Positions 18,331 through 28,882 of a stretch of DNA of 29,245 nt are shown one piece after another (the first letter of the stretch is position 1; the number at the start of each line of letters is the position of its first letter). The stretch comes from Bacteroides sp. (lineage in GTDB: Bacteria > Bacteroidota > Bacteroidia > G022818785), in NCBI GenBank assembly GCA_022818785.1, contig CP063811.1:87302-116546 (forward strand). The letters are read 5' to 3'. Under the pieces are notes generated by a model. It did not search any database, was not told where the DNA came from, and saw only the letters and a list, made by a program, of their open reading frames with translations. The translations under genes were made by a program, and so were the position numbers.

Positions 18331-21003
18331 TTAAAAAATGTTATAATCTTTTAAAATTTTATTGATATTGATATCAAATGTTTTTGATAAAATACTATAT
18401 TGTTGATAAACATGTATTTTATAATTGCCTGTAGATACACTATTACTAGTATTTCTAGATATTACTTTTATATTATATTTAGATATTATATCTGACAAAT
18501 AACTACATAATCCCATATTTGATGGTTCTTCTTGAACCCATAATATTTCAATAGAATTTTTATATTTATTTATAATATTATTAAATTCAATATTTGGAAA
18601 AGGATATATCTGTTCTAATCTGATTAATGCAATATTGTTAAATTCATATTTATTTTTTATCTCCAATAAATCATAATATATTTTACCACTACAAAATATC
18701 AATTTTTTTATTATTAATTCATTTGTTGTAGAATCATCTATAATTTTACAAAATTTTTTTTGATATTCTAAATCTGATACTTTACTTACGCATTCTGGAT
18801 GTCTTAATAAACTTTTAGGAGTAAATATAATTAAGGGTATATGACTTTTAATTTGCCTTCGTATAGCATGAAAATATTGTACAGGAGTACTACAATTAAT
18901 TATTTGCATATTATTATCAGAACATAATTCCATAAATCTTTCTATTCTAGCTGAAGAATGTTCAGGTCCTTGTCCTTCATATCCATGAGGTAATAATAAT
19001 ACAATATTGCTTAATTGATTCCATTTAGATTTTGCACTAGCAATAAATTGATCAATTATAATTTGAGCACCATTTACAAAATCTCCAAATTGCGCTTCCC
19101 ATATTGTAATATTTTTTTTATCATAATTTAATGAATATCCATATTCAAATCCTAAAGCAGCATACTCTGAAAGAGTAGAATTATATATATAAAATTTAGC
19201 TTTATTATTATTTAATAAATTAATAGGTATTATTTCATTATTATCATCTAAAGATATCATAGATCCATGTCTGTGAGAAAAAGTGCCTCTTTTAGTATCT
19301 TGACCAATAAGCCTAACATTATATCCTTCTTGTATAATAGATATATATGTAAAATTTTCTGTTAATCCCCAATCTACTTTATTATTCTTTGTAAGAAGAT
19401 CATGTTTTTTATTAAATATTTTGTGAATTTTTTTATCAAAATTATGTTTTAATATAATATCAATATATTCATTTAAACATTTTATAGCATTTACATGTAA
19501 AACATTTGTATCACCATCAAATATATATTTTTTATTATCTTCTGTAACATGAATTAAATTTTTATTTCTCGATTTATTATAACTAATATTCATTTTTTGA
19601 GAAATATTATCTTTAATTTCATTTATATCACTTTCAGATATTTTATCATCCTTTAATATCTTTTCTATAAATATATTTTTTATCGATTTATGTTGTTCAA
19701 TTTCTTTATATACATAAGGTTGAGTGAATTTTGGTTCATCCATTTCATTATGCCCATATCTTCTATAAGAAATCAAATCTATATATATGTCATTATTAAA
19801 TTTATATCTATATTCTAAACCAATCTTAAAAGCATATATCACTGATAATACATCTTCAGAATTAACATGTAAAACTGGGGCTTTAATTACTTTAGAGATA
19901 TCTGTACATGAATCGCTAGATTTGTAATCTTTTGCATCAGTAGTAAATCCTACTTGATTATTAATAACTACATGAATAGTCCCTCCTGTATAATATGGAT
20001 TTAATTTAGACATTTGTGCTAATTCATATACAATTCCTTGTCCAGATATTGATGCATCACCATGTATAATTAATGGAATAACAGATTTATATGAATTTAG
20101 ATATTGATTTTCTATCAGAGATTTAGCAAAACCCTGTGCTACTGATGAAATAACTTCTAAATGTGATGGATTTGGCAATAATATTATATTATTATTTAGA
20201 TATCCTAAATGATATTTTACATCTCCTTTTACATTATTAAATGTATCTTTATTATAAGATGTAAAATTATTAAATTCTGAAAATATATCTTCATAGGGTT
20301 TCCCTAACACGTTTGCTAAAACATTTAATCTTCCTCTATGACTCATAGCCATTACAATTCTTTTAGAAGAATACTTTGACATATTTTCTCTAATAAAAAA
20401 GTTAATAGCTGGAATTATTGATTCTGCTCCTAATAACGAAAAAAATTTTTGACCTATAAATTTTTTAGTTAAAAAAATTTCAAAATCAGTTGCTTGAATA
20501 ATGTCATGTAGAATTAATAATTGATCATCCTTATTAAGGTTGAAATTTTGTATATTTTCAAAAATTTTAGTTAAAAATTTTTTTTCGTTAGAATCATCAT
20601 TAATATGATCATACTCTATACTTAATGAACCACAATATATATTTTCTAACTTTTTTATTAAATATTTTAAAGATATATTATTATAATTATTGTCTTTGTT
20701 ATATATAATCGTATTAATATTATTTTCATTGATATCATATTTATTATGATTTATTTTCTTATTTGAAAATAATGGATTATTATTAGCATACTTATATCCA
20801 TTATTTCTATAATATGAAATCAATTTATCTGATATAAATTCTTTATTTTGATATTCTGAATTGTCTTTTTTTAACCCTAGTTCATATCCTTCAAAAAATT
20901 TTTGCCATTCTATATTAATAGATGATTTATTTTCTTTATATTTATGGTATAAGTTATTTATATAACTACCATCAATATTGCTTAAATAAGAGAATTTATT
21001 CAT
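18331..21003 (-). CDS. sucA: 2-oxoglutarate dehydrogenase E1
   Basis: [29 protein letters not shown]...[24 protein letters not shown] and [16 protein letters not shown]. Confidence 0.98.
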   Translation of the reverse strand: MNKFSYLSNIDGSYINNLYHKYKENKSSINIEWQKFFEGYELGLKKDNSEYQNKEFISDKLISYYRNNGYKYANNNPLFSNKKINHNKYDINENNINTIIYNKDNNYNNISLKYLIKKLENIYCGSLSIEYDHINDDSNEKKFLTKIFENIQNFNLNKDDQLLILHDIIQATDFEIFLTKKFIGQKFFSLLGAESIIPAINFFIRENMSKYSSKRIVMAMSHRGRLNVLANVLGKPYEDIFSEFNNFTSYNKDTFNNVKGDVKYHLGYLNNNIILLPNPSHLEVISSVAQGFAKSLIENQYLNSYKSVIPLIIHGDASISGQGIVYELAQMSKLNPYYTGGTIHVVINNQVGFTTDAKDYKSSDSCTDISKVIKAPVLHVNSEDVLSVIYAFKIGLEYRYKFNNDIYIDLISYRRYGHNEMDEPKFTQPYVYKEIEQHKSIKNIFIEKILKDDKISESDINEIKDNISQKMNISYNKSRNKNLIHVTEDNKKYIFDGDTNVLHVNAIKCLNEYIDIILKHNFDKKIHKIFNKKHDLLTKNNKVDWGLTENFTYISIIQEGYNVRLIGQDTKRGTFSHRHGSMISLDDNNEIIPINLLNNNKAKFYIYNSTLSEYAALGFEYGYSLNYDKKNITIWEAQFGDFVNGAQIIIDQFIASAKSKWNQLSNIVLLLPHGYEGQGPEHSSARIERFMELCSDNNMQIINCSTPVQYFHAIRRQIKSHIPLIIFTPKSLLRHPECVSKVSDLEYQKKFCKIIDDSTTNELIIKKLIFCSGKIYYDLLEIKNKYEFNNIALIRLEQIYPFPNIEFNNIINKYKNSIEILWVQEEPSNMGLCSYLSDIISKYNIKVISRNTSNSVSTGNYKIHVYQQYSILSKTFDININKILKDYNIF

Positions 21004-21102
21004 ATTATTATTTTTTATCTAAAATAAAATGTACACTGTATGTTTAAATTTAATATGATATAATAAAATACTATTATACTATTGAATATATAAAAACATG
21101 TA

Positions 21103-21110
21103 CAAATATA
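21103..21110 (-). promoter_or_regulatory. Candidate -7 element (TATATTTG) for sucAB, with a possible -33 TTTG at 21133-21136
   Basis: TAnnTTTG about 100 nt upstream of sucA, with TTTG 22 nt further upstream. Confidence 0.45.
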
Positions 21111-21217
21111 TAATAATCAAAATTTTTAACTACAAATTTAATATAATATTTATATATGTAATATTTAATTAAAATATATTTTATATATTATTTCCATTTT
21201 TAAATTATTTACTAATA

Positions 21218-24200
21218 ATGGCTAATAACTGTGATATCAAATATAATTTTTTTTATAAAAATTTAAACAATCAACAAAACATAGCTGTTAATAATCTATA
21301 TGGCCCTATATTAGTAATAGCAGGACCAGGTACGGGTAAGACACAAATAATAGCTATGAGAATTGGTAAAATTTTAATGGAAACCGATACATTATCTAAT
21401 AATATATTATGTATTACATATACAGAATCAGGTGCCAATTCTATACGACAAAGATTATTAGAATGTATAGGAAATGAAGCTTATAAAGTTAATATATATA
21501 CATTTCATTCATTTTGTAATTTTATAATAAGAGATAATTTAGATTATTGGAGTAATATCGATCTTATACCTATAAATCAAATAGAAAAAATTAATATACT
21601 GAAATCTATTATTGATGAATTGCCATTTAATAGTACTTTAAAAAGATTTAATGGAGATATATATTTTGATATATATAGATTAAATAATTTATTTTCTATA
21701 ATTAAACGAGAAAATTGGAATATAAAAGATATTATATTAAAATCTAAAGAATACCTTGATAAAACAATATATACAATAGATGGTTTTTTTTATAAAAAAA
21801 GTAGGAATAAAAAATTAACTATATCTGGCTTAACAGAAAAAAAACGTATAAATCAATTAATTGATGCAATTAATTTATTTCCTACATATATTGATAAAAT
21901 GGCTCAATTGAATCGTTATGATTTTGATGATATGATCATATGGACAATAAATTTATTAAAGAATAAACCTGATATATTAAAAAATTTACAAGAACGATAT
22001 AGTCATATACTAATTGATGAATATCAAGATACTAATGAATCACAAAATTTTATATTAAATCAATTAATTAGTTTTTGGAAAAATCCAGATATATTTGTAG
22101 TGGGAGATGATGATCAGTCTATATTTAAATTTCAAGGAGCAAGTGTAAAAAACATGGCATTTTTTATTGAAAAATATAGAAATTTTGATTTAAAAATTGT
22201 TGTCTTAAATAAAAATTATAGATCTAATCATTATATAATAAAATTATCTGATATATTAATTAACAATAATCAAAATAGAATTCATAACAAGTATGATACT
22301 ATTAATAAAAAATTAATACCTTCAAATACTAATTTGAAAAATTGTAAACCTCAAATAATAGAATATAATTCTGTCTATGATGAGCTTTATAGTACAGCAA
22401 AATATATCAAAACTTTGATTAAAAATAAATATGTTAATCCTAACGATATAGCTATAATATATAGAAACCACAATTTAATAGAACCACTATTAATATATTT
22501 TGATAAACTAAATATCAAATATAATGTCAAACATAATAATAATGCTTTAAATGTAAAAATTATAAAACAAATAATATCTATTATGTCATATGTTAATAAT
22601 GAAATCAATGATCCTTATAGTGGAGAAGACATTTTATACAAGATTATGCACTATGATTTTATTGGAATAAATTCAATATCAATAGCCAAAATAAGTGTTT
22701 TTTTAAAAAATTATAATCATAATACATTTTTGAGAAATTTTATTTATAGTGTTGACAAAAATAAAAATTTAAAAAATGTATTAAATAAAAATGAAATAAA
22801 TTCTTTAAAAAAATTATCTATTAAAATAGAAATAATAATAAAAAATGCTTTAGAAAATACTATTCAAGAAACATTAGAAGATATAATATATAAATTCAAT
22901 ATATTAAATTTTGTTATGAAATCTTCACATTATGAAAAATACATAAATTCTATGAATTCTTTTATAAGATATATACAAGAATCTATTAATAGAAATTCAA
23001 ATATTGACTTAAATCAAACAATTAATAATATAAATACAATGTATAAATATAAAATTAGTATAGATTATAATAAAAGTATGGATACTAATTGTATAAATTG
23101 TTTAACAGCACATGCTTCTAAAGGAAAAGAATTTAAATATGTATTTTTAATATTATCTAATGAATGTTATTGGATTTCAAAAAAAAAAATTATTATAAAT
23201 ATTATCAAATACCTGATGTGATTTTACATCATACAAATATTAAGCAAAATAATGAAAATTTTGATAATATAACAGAAGAAGAACGAAGATTATTTTATGT
23301 ATCTATTACAAGATCTAGAGAATTTTTATTTGTATCATATAGCAATAAAGATTTTAATGAAAAAGAAATTGCACCATCACAATTTGTTTTAGAAATTATG
23401 AAAGATAAATCATTGTTCAATTTTATAAATAAAAAAGATATTGATTATAATAAAAAACATAAATTTGATAGATTGCTTTTAAATAAAGGTTCAAAAAATA
23501 AATTTTTAAATGATAATTTAAGTGAAAAATTACTAAAAAATTTTATTTTAAGTGTAAGCTCGCTAAATACTTATTTAAAATGCCCATTTGAATTTTATTT
23601 TAGTTATTTACTTAATGTACCAATTAAACCATCATTTAATCAAATTTATGGCTCTGCTATACATTATGCATTAAAAAAAATATATAGTGATAACATTAAA
23701 AATGTTCAATTTGATATTTTTTATGAATATTTTGCTCAATTTATGCATATAAACAAAAAAAATTTTAATGATTCAATATATAAAATTCTCTTAGAGAGAG
23801 GAAAAAAAAATTTGAAATTATATTTTTTAAATAAAATTGAAAAAAACAGTATTACTAATAATATTTATGTAGAAAAATATATAAAAAATAGTTATATCAA
23901 TAGTATTCCTATTAAAGGATTTATAGATAAAATAGAATTTTTAGATAATAAAAATGTTGTTATTACAGATTATAAAACAGGATCATTTCACAAAACCAAA
24001 TTCGTTAATAAATCATTTTGTCCTCCTAATAGTCAAAATTATATAGGAGGAGATTATTGGAGACAAGGATTATTTTATAAAATATTATTAGAAAATGATA
24101 TTAGCACTAATCTAAATGTCGTAGAAATAAAATTTGATTTTATAGAAATGGAAAAAAACAGTCATTTCATTGAAACAATACATATTAATAATGATAGCAT

Positions 24201-24324
24201 TAATTTATTGACTGATCAAATAATGGAAGTATGGACAAAAATTCATAATATGAATTTTGTTGGATGTAATAAAGATAATTGTAAATGGTGTATCTTTATA
24301 AAAGAAAATAAAATAAAATTATAA
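21218..24324 (+). CDS. UvrD/PcrA-type SF1 helicase fused to a C-terminal PD-(D/E)XK nuclease; frameshifted at an A11 tract (23179-23189)
   Basis: ORF 21218-23221 carries AGPGTGKT, IDEYQD, VGDDDQSIFKFQGA, NYRS and motif V TAHASKGKEF. ORF 23164-24324 carries motif VI EEERRLFYVSITR plus nuclease motifs (LKCPF, GFIDKI, DYKTG, C-terminal CNKDNCKWC). One extra A joins them into 1035 aa. Confidence 0.9.
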
Positions 24325-24345
24325 ATATAATATAATAAATCAATC

Positions 24346-25326
24346 ATGAGGGTTATTCAATTTAGAGAAGCATTAAGAGAAGCAATGATAGAAGAAATGA
24401 TTAAAGATGATACAATATACTTAATAGGAGAAGAAGTAGGTGAATATGAAGGAGCATATAAAGTTAGTCAAGGAATGCTTAAAAAATTTGGAAGCAAAAG
24501 AATAATAGATACTCCTATTTCAGAGTCAGGATTTTCAGGAATAAGTATTGGTTCTGCCATGAATGGATTAAAACCTATAGTAGAGTTTATGACTTTTAAT
24601 TTTTCACTAGTTGCTATAGATTCTATAATTAATAGTGCTGCTAAAATTTTTCAAATGTCTGGTGGACAATTTTCAATACCTATAGTATTTAGAGGACCAA
24701 CAGGTAGTGCTGGGCAATTGGGCGCACAACATTCACAATGTTTTGCAAATTGGTATGCTAATTGTCCTGGATTAAAAGTCATAGTATGTTCTAATCCTTA
24801 TGATGCCAAAGGATTGTTAAAATCATCTATTATTGATCCAGATCCTGTTATATTTATGGAATCAGAAACTATGTATAGTGATAAAGCCTATGTACCTGAA
24901 AAAGAATATTATATTGATATAGGTAAAGCAAAAATTGTTAAAAACGGGACAGACATTACTATAGTAGGATTTGGTAAAATTTTAAAAAATGTTTATGAAG
25001 CAATAACTTTAACTAAAGATTTAAATATTAATGTAGAGGTTATTGATTTAAGAACAATAAGACCAATAGATTATAATACTGTAATTCAATCTGTTAAAAA
25101 AACTGGAAGATTAATTTTAATCGAAGAATCATGGCCATTAGGCAATATATCTACTGAAATTGCTTTCATGATTCAAAAAGAGGCATTTGATTATATAGAT
25201 CATCCTATAATAAGACTAAATTCTCCAGATGTTCCTATGCCATATTCTAATAACTTAGTAAAAAGGTACCTTCCATCAACTAATGATGTTATAAAAGCAT
25301 TTAAGAAAGTAATGTATTTATCTTAA
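24346..25326 (+). CDS. pdhB: Pyruvate dehydrogenase E1 beta subunit
   Basis: FREALREAM, GEEVGEYEGAYKVS, DTPISE, EFMTFNF, VFRGP, AQHSQ and IDLRTIRP. Confidence 0.97.
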   Translation: MRVIQFREALREAMIEEMIKDDTIYLIGEEVGEYEGAYKVSQGMLKKFGSKRIIDTPISESGFSGISIGSAMNGLKPIVEFMTFNFSLVAIDSIINSAAKIFQMSGGQFSIPIVFRGPTGSAGQLGAQHSQCFANWYANCPGLKVIVCSNPYDAKGLLKSSIIDPDPVIFMESETMYSDKAYVPEKEYYIDIGKAKIVKNGTDITIVGFGKILKNVYEAITLTKDLNINVEVIDLRTIRPIDYNTVIQSVKKTGRLILIEESWPLGNISTEIAFMIQKEAFDYIDHPIIRLNSPDVPMPYSNNLVKRYLPSTNDVIKAFKKVMYLS

Positions 25327-25330
25327 ATAA

Positions 25331-26143
25331 TTAATTGTTACCCAATATAATTGGTAGTCCATCTTTGCCTCCAATAATAACTACTTTAGAATTATTAGAT
25401 CTAGATAATTCTAAAGTAGCTTCAATACCTTTATCTTTTAATATATTATCACTAATAGAAGCACTCAATATGTCATTTGCATCCGCCTTTCCTTGAGCTT
25501 GTATTCTTTGTCTATCTGCTTCTTTTTGCGCTTTAGTTAATCTAAATTCATATTCAAGAGATTCTTGTTCTTGCTTTAACTTTCTTTCAATAGCAGTTTT
25601 GATAGTAGAAGGAAGTGTAACATCTCTTACTAAAATTTCATTTAATTGGATATATTGATCTGATAATATTTTTTTAGTTTCATCAAATATTTCCTGTTGT
25701 ATAGCATCTCTTTTTGTAGAATATATTTCTTCTGGATTATATCTTCCAATTACACTTCTTGTTGCTGATCTTACAGAAGGTTTTATAATGCTGTTCAAAT
25801 AATTAGGACCTTTTGTTTTATGTAAAAGTCCTAAATAAGATAATTTAGGTTGATACCAAGCACTAGCATCAAGAGTTATGTCAAGACCATTGGATGATAA
25901 AACTTTCATTTTATCAAATAATTCTTGTTGCCTAACTTCATAAATTGAAACTTTGTTCCATGGTGCTATAATATGCAAACCCTCACTTAAAGGTGGATTT
26001 TTGATATCTACACCTCCTCCAAATGTTTTATAAACTACTCCTGATTGTCCAGCATTAATAATAACAGTTGATTGTCCAATAAATATTACCAACAAAAAGG
26101 ACAAAATTATAGAAAAAAGTGTAAATTTGGATAAAGAATGCAT
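25331..26143 (-). CDS. SPFH/band-7 prohibitin family membrane protein
   Basis: Single N-terminal TM helix, EGLHIIAPWNKV, RSVIGRY, VRDVTLP, AIERK, coiled-coil EADRQRIQAQGKADAN and GLPIILG. Confidence 0.92.
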   Translation of the reverse strand: MHSLSKFTLFSIILSFLLVIFIGQSTVIINAGQSGVVYKTFGGGVDIKNPPLSEGLHIIAPWNKVSIYEVRQQELFDKMKVLSSNGLDITLDASAWYQPKLSYLGLLHKTKGPNYLNSIIKPSVRSATRSVIGRYNPEEIYSTKRDAIQQEIFDETKKILSDQYIQLNEILVRDVTLPSTIKTAIERKLKQEQESLEYEFRLTKAQKEADRQRIQAQGKADANDILSASISDNILKDKGIEATLELSRSNNSKVVIIGGKDGLPIILGNN

Positions 26144-26201
26144 TATTAAAATTATTTATTTAGTATAACCATATATATATTTCTAATTTAACAAAAAAAA
26201 A

Positions 26202-26456
26202 TTAATTATGATTAATAAATGGATTACATTTTATAATGCGTACTATACCAAATAATAATCCTTTGATAATTCCTTTATTTTTTATTGATCGTATCATAAA
26301 ATTAGAACAATTTACATGATATCTACATGATGAAATAATATAAGGAGAAATACAATATTGATATGATTTTATTAAAAAAATCATTATTAAAGTTATAATA
26401 GATAATATTGCTTTATATAAACATTTAGTTTTTGAAATAAAATTATCAAAGTACAT
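26202..26456 (-). CDS. yidD: Membrane protein insertion efficiency factor YidD
   Basis: YQYCISP, CRYHVNCS and RIIKCNPF (three conserved Cys); follows rnpA. Start uncertain. Confidence 0.9.
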   Translation of the reverse strand: MYFDNFISKTKCLYKAILSIITLIMIFLIKSYQYCISPYIISSCRYHVNCSNFMIRSIKNKGIIKGLLFGIVRIIKCNPFINHN

Positions 26457-26785
26457 TTGATGTCATTATAATTTATAAAATTAAAATTTTTGCATATAAT
26501 AAACATAATATACACTTCATTTTTAGTAAAGAGAAAATTTTTTTTTTCTTCATTATAAATGCTTCTAATAATTCTTTTAAATTTATTTCTATCAACTGCT
26601 TTTTTAAAATTTTTTTTAGAAATTGATATAGCTATTTTTATATTAAATCCATAATTAATTATTTTTCTTTTATCAATTGCAAAAACAATTTTTATATTTT
26701 TTTTATATAAAAAATGGCCATTATTTCTCAAATATCTAAAATCAGAATATTTTTTAATTCTTTCTTTTTTTAAAAATTTTACCAC
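26393..26785 (-). CDS. rnpA: Ribonuclease P protein component (GTG start)
   Basis: KKERIK, ISISKKNFKKAVDRNKFKR (RNR motif); follows rpmH. Confidence 0.93.
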   Translation of the reverse strand: MVKFLKKERIKKYSDFRYLRNNGHFLYKKNIKIVFAIDKRKIINYGFNIKIAISISKKNFKKAVDRNKFKRIIRSIYNEEKKNFLFTKNEVYIMFIICKNFNFINYNDIKCTLIILFQKLNVYIKQYYLL

Positions 26786-26800
26786 TTATAGTATTAAATA

Positions 26801-26938
26801 TTAACTTAGTGATAATTTTTTTCTTTTCTCTCTCCTTTGAGAAGATATAATGTTTCTTCCACTTTTAGTAGACATTCTAGTACGAAAGCCATGTTTATGA
26901 CTTCTTTTTTTATTAGAAGGTTGATATGTTCTCTTCAT
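26801..26938 (-). CDS. rpmH: 50S ribosomal protein L34 (45 aa; not in ORF track)
   Basis: Hand translation [45 protein letters not shown]; immediately upstream of rnpA. Confidence 0.96.
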   Translation of the reverse strand: MKRTYQPSNKKRSHKHGFRTRMSTKSGRNIISSQRREKRKKLSLS

Positions 26939-26963
26939 AAGAAATTTATATTAATTTTTTTTT

Positions 26964-27563
26964 CTACAAATTTAAATATTTTTTATTCATTTTATGAAAA
27001 AAATCATAAACATCCATTTTACCAATCTTTTTTAAAGATGATACTATAATATATAAAGGCAAATAATTGATATTATTTATGATAATTGATTTATATATAT
27101 TTATATTTTTATTTAATAAATTATTTGATATCTTATCAGATTTAGTAAAAATTAATATAAATGGAATATTATTATAATGCAAAAAATCAATTTGATTAAT
27201 ATCTATTCTTTGAGGAGGTATTGATATATCAATTAGCAAAAATGTATAATTAAGATTGCTTCTTTTAAGCAAAAAATAATTCATATTATCGTTCCAATGT
27301 TTTCTCATTTTCTTGGATACTATAGCATAACTATAGCCAGGAAAATCCACTAAATAGTATTTTTTATCAATAATAAAATAATTAATTAATCGGGTTTTGC
27401 CTGGTTTATTAGATTGTTTAGCAATTTTGTTGTTAGTAATCATATTAATAAAAGATGATTTTCCAACATTAGATCTACCTATAATAGCATATTCCGGTAT
27501 TTTGTATTCCGGTATATCATTTGTACTATAAAAGCTATTTACAAAATTTGATATAGTTATCAT
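26964..27563 (-). CDS. yihA: Ribosome biogenesis GTP-binding protein YihA/YsxC (EngB)
   Basis: PEYAIIGRSNVGKSS, PGKT, VDFPGY and TKSD motifs. Confidence 0.97.
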   Translation of the reverse strand: MITISNFVNSFYSTNDIPEYKIPEYAIIGRSNVGKSSFINMITNNKIAKQSNKPGKTRLINYFIIDKKYYLVDFPGYSYAIVSKKMRKHWNDNMNYFLLKRSNLNYTFLLIDISIPPQRIDINQIDFLHYNNIPFILIFTKSDKISNNLLNKNINIYKSIIINNINYLPLYIIVSSLKKIGKMDVYDFFHKMNKKYLNL

Positions 27564-27649
27564 GATTAAAATATTTGTTTATATTATTTATTATTAAATT
27601 TATTAATAAATAATAGTTTTTTTTATATACATAGAATATACTTATTAAT

Positions 27650-28555
27650 ATGAAATATAATAATCATCACATTTCTGTCATGATTAAAGAAAGTATAGAA
27701 GGACTTAATGTAGATCCTAATGGAATATATATAGATGCTACATATGGTAATGGTGGTCATTCAAATTATATACTTAATAAATTGAAAAATGGCAAATTGA
27801 TTGCATTTGATCAAGACAATAGAATATCAATTGAAAATCTTGATAATAGATTAATATTTATACCTCAAAATTTTAGATATATTAAAAATTATTGTAGATT
27901 ATTAAATGTATCTAAAATTGATGGTATTATTGCTGATTTAGGTGTTTCATCATTTCAATTAGATGATCCTAATAGAGGATTTTCTACAAAATACAATTCA
28001 ATTCTAAATATGAAAATGAATGATGAAATTAAATTAAGTGGAGAGTATATAATAAATAATTATAGTTATGATCAATTATTAAGTATATTTTCCAATTATG
28101 GAGAAATAAGGAATTCCAAAACTTTAGCAAAGTTGATAACAAGTAAAAGAATTCAAAACCCAATAAAAACCGTATATCAATTATTAAATATTATTAATCC
28201 TATTGCAAAAGGAAACATAATGAGATATTATGCACAAGTATTTCAATCTATAAGAATAGAAGTAAATGATGAAATTAATTGTCTTAAAGTGTTATTAGAA
28301 AATACAACATCTTTATTAAAAAAAGATGGAAGAATAGTAATTATATCATATCATTCAATAGAAGATAGAATTGTTAAAAATTACATAAAATATGGCAATT
28401 TTGATGGTATTATATATAAAGATATATATGGAAATACTATAAATAATATTGTTTTTACTATGATCAATAAAAAACCAATTATAACTTCTAAAGAAGAAAT
28501 ACAGTCTAATAAGAGATCACGTAGTGCCAAAATAAGAATAGCTGTAAAAAATTAA
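27650..28555 (+). CDS. rsmH: 16S rRNA m4C1402 methyltransferase RsmH (MraW)
   Basis: HISVM, DATYGNGGHS, DLGVSSFQLD..RGFS, ISYHSIEDRIVK and RSRSAK motifs. Confidence 0.98.
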   Translation: MKYNNHHISVMIKESIEGLNVDPNGIYIDATYGNGGHSNYILNKLKNGKLIAFDQDNRISIENLDNRLIFIPQNFRYIKNYCRLLNVSKIDGIIADLGVSSFQLDDPNRGFSTKYNSILNMKMNDEIKLSGEYIINNYSYDQLLSIFSNYGEIRNSKTLAKLITSKRIQNPIKTVYQLLNIINPIAKGNIMRYYAQVFQSIRIEVNDEINCLKVLLENTTSLLKKDGRIVIISYHSIEDRIVKNYIKYGNFDGIIYKDIYGNTINNIVFTMINKKPIITSKEEIQSNKRSRSAKIRIAVKN

Positions 28556-28562
28556 TATTTTT

Positions 28563-28880
28563 ATGTGGAAACAATCTATTAAAATAGTTGATATAATGTA
28601 TATTTTGATTTATTTATTGTTTTTAGGATTTGTTATTACTATAAATGTTTATATATCTGAAAGGTTAGTTATTGCAATACATAAAATTAACAATGAGATT
28701 TTAGTTTTAAAATGTGATTATATATTAAATAATGCTAAATATATAAATTATATAAAAGAAAGTTCAATATCTGAAAAAGCAAATTTAATTGGATTATATA
28801 ATAATAATGAAATACCTATTAAAATAAATATTAGTATAAATGATATTATAGCAATAAGAAATATACAGTTTAAAAAATAA
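28563..28880 (+). CDS. ftsL: FtsL-like cell division protein
   Basis: 105 aa with one TM helix followed by a heptad-like segment and A..IGL; located between rsmH and ftsI. Confidence 0.75.
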   Translation: MWKQSIKIVDIMYILIYLLFLGFVITINVYISERLVIAIHKINNEILVLKCDYILNNAKYINYIKESSISEKANLIGLYNNNEIPIKINISINDIIAIRNIQFKK

Positions 28881-28882
28881 TT

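Noticed and set aside
21029-21104. ATGTACA repeated twice in the sucA/helicase intergenic region
   Set aside because: Two copies of a 7-mer is weak evidence, and one overlaps the candidate promoter element.
15012-22608. ORFs 15012-15209, 17460-17669, 17721-17924 (+) and 22387-22608 (-)
   Set aside because: Lie fully antisense within der, sucB and the helicase; hydrophobic composition is what reversed AT-rich codons produce.
4326-26547. Other long homopolymers, such as A10 in bamA near 4326, A10 in proC near 10938 and T10 in rnpA near 26538
   Set aside because: Reading frames stay intact through them, so no frameshift is needed.
26837-27049. 70-aa plus-strand ORF
   Set aside because: Overlaps rpmH and the yihA 3' end on the opposite strand.
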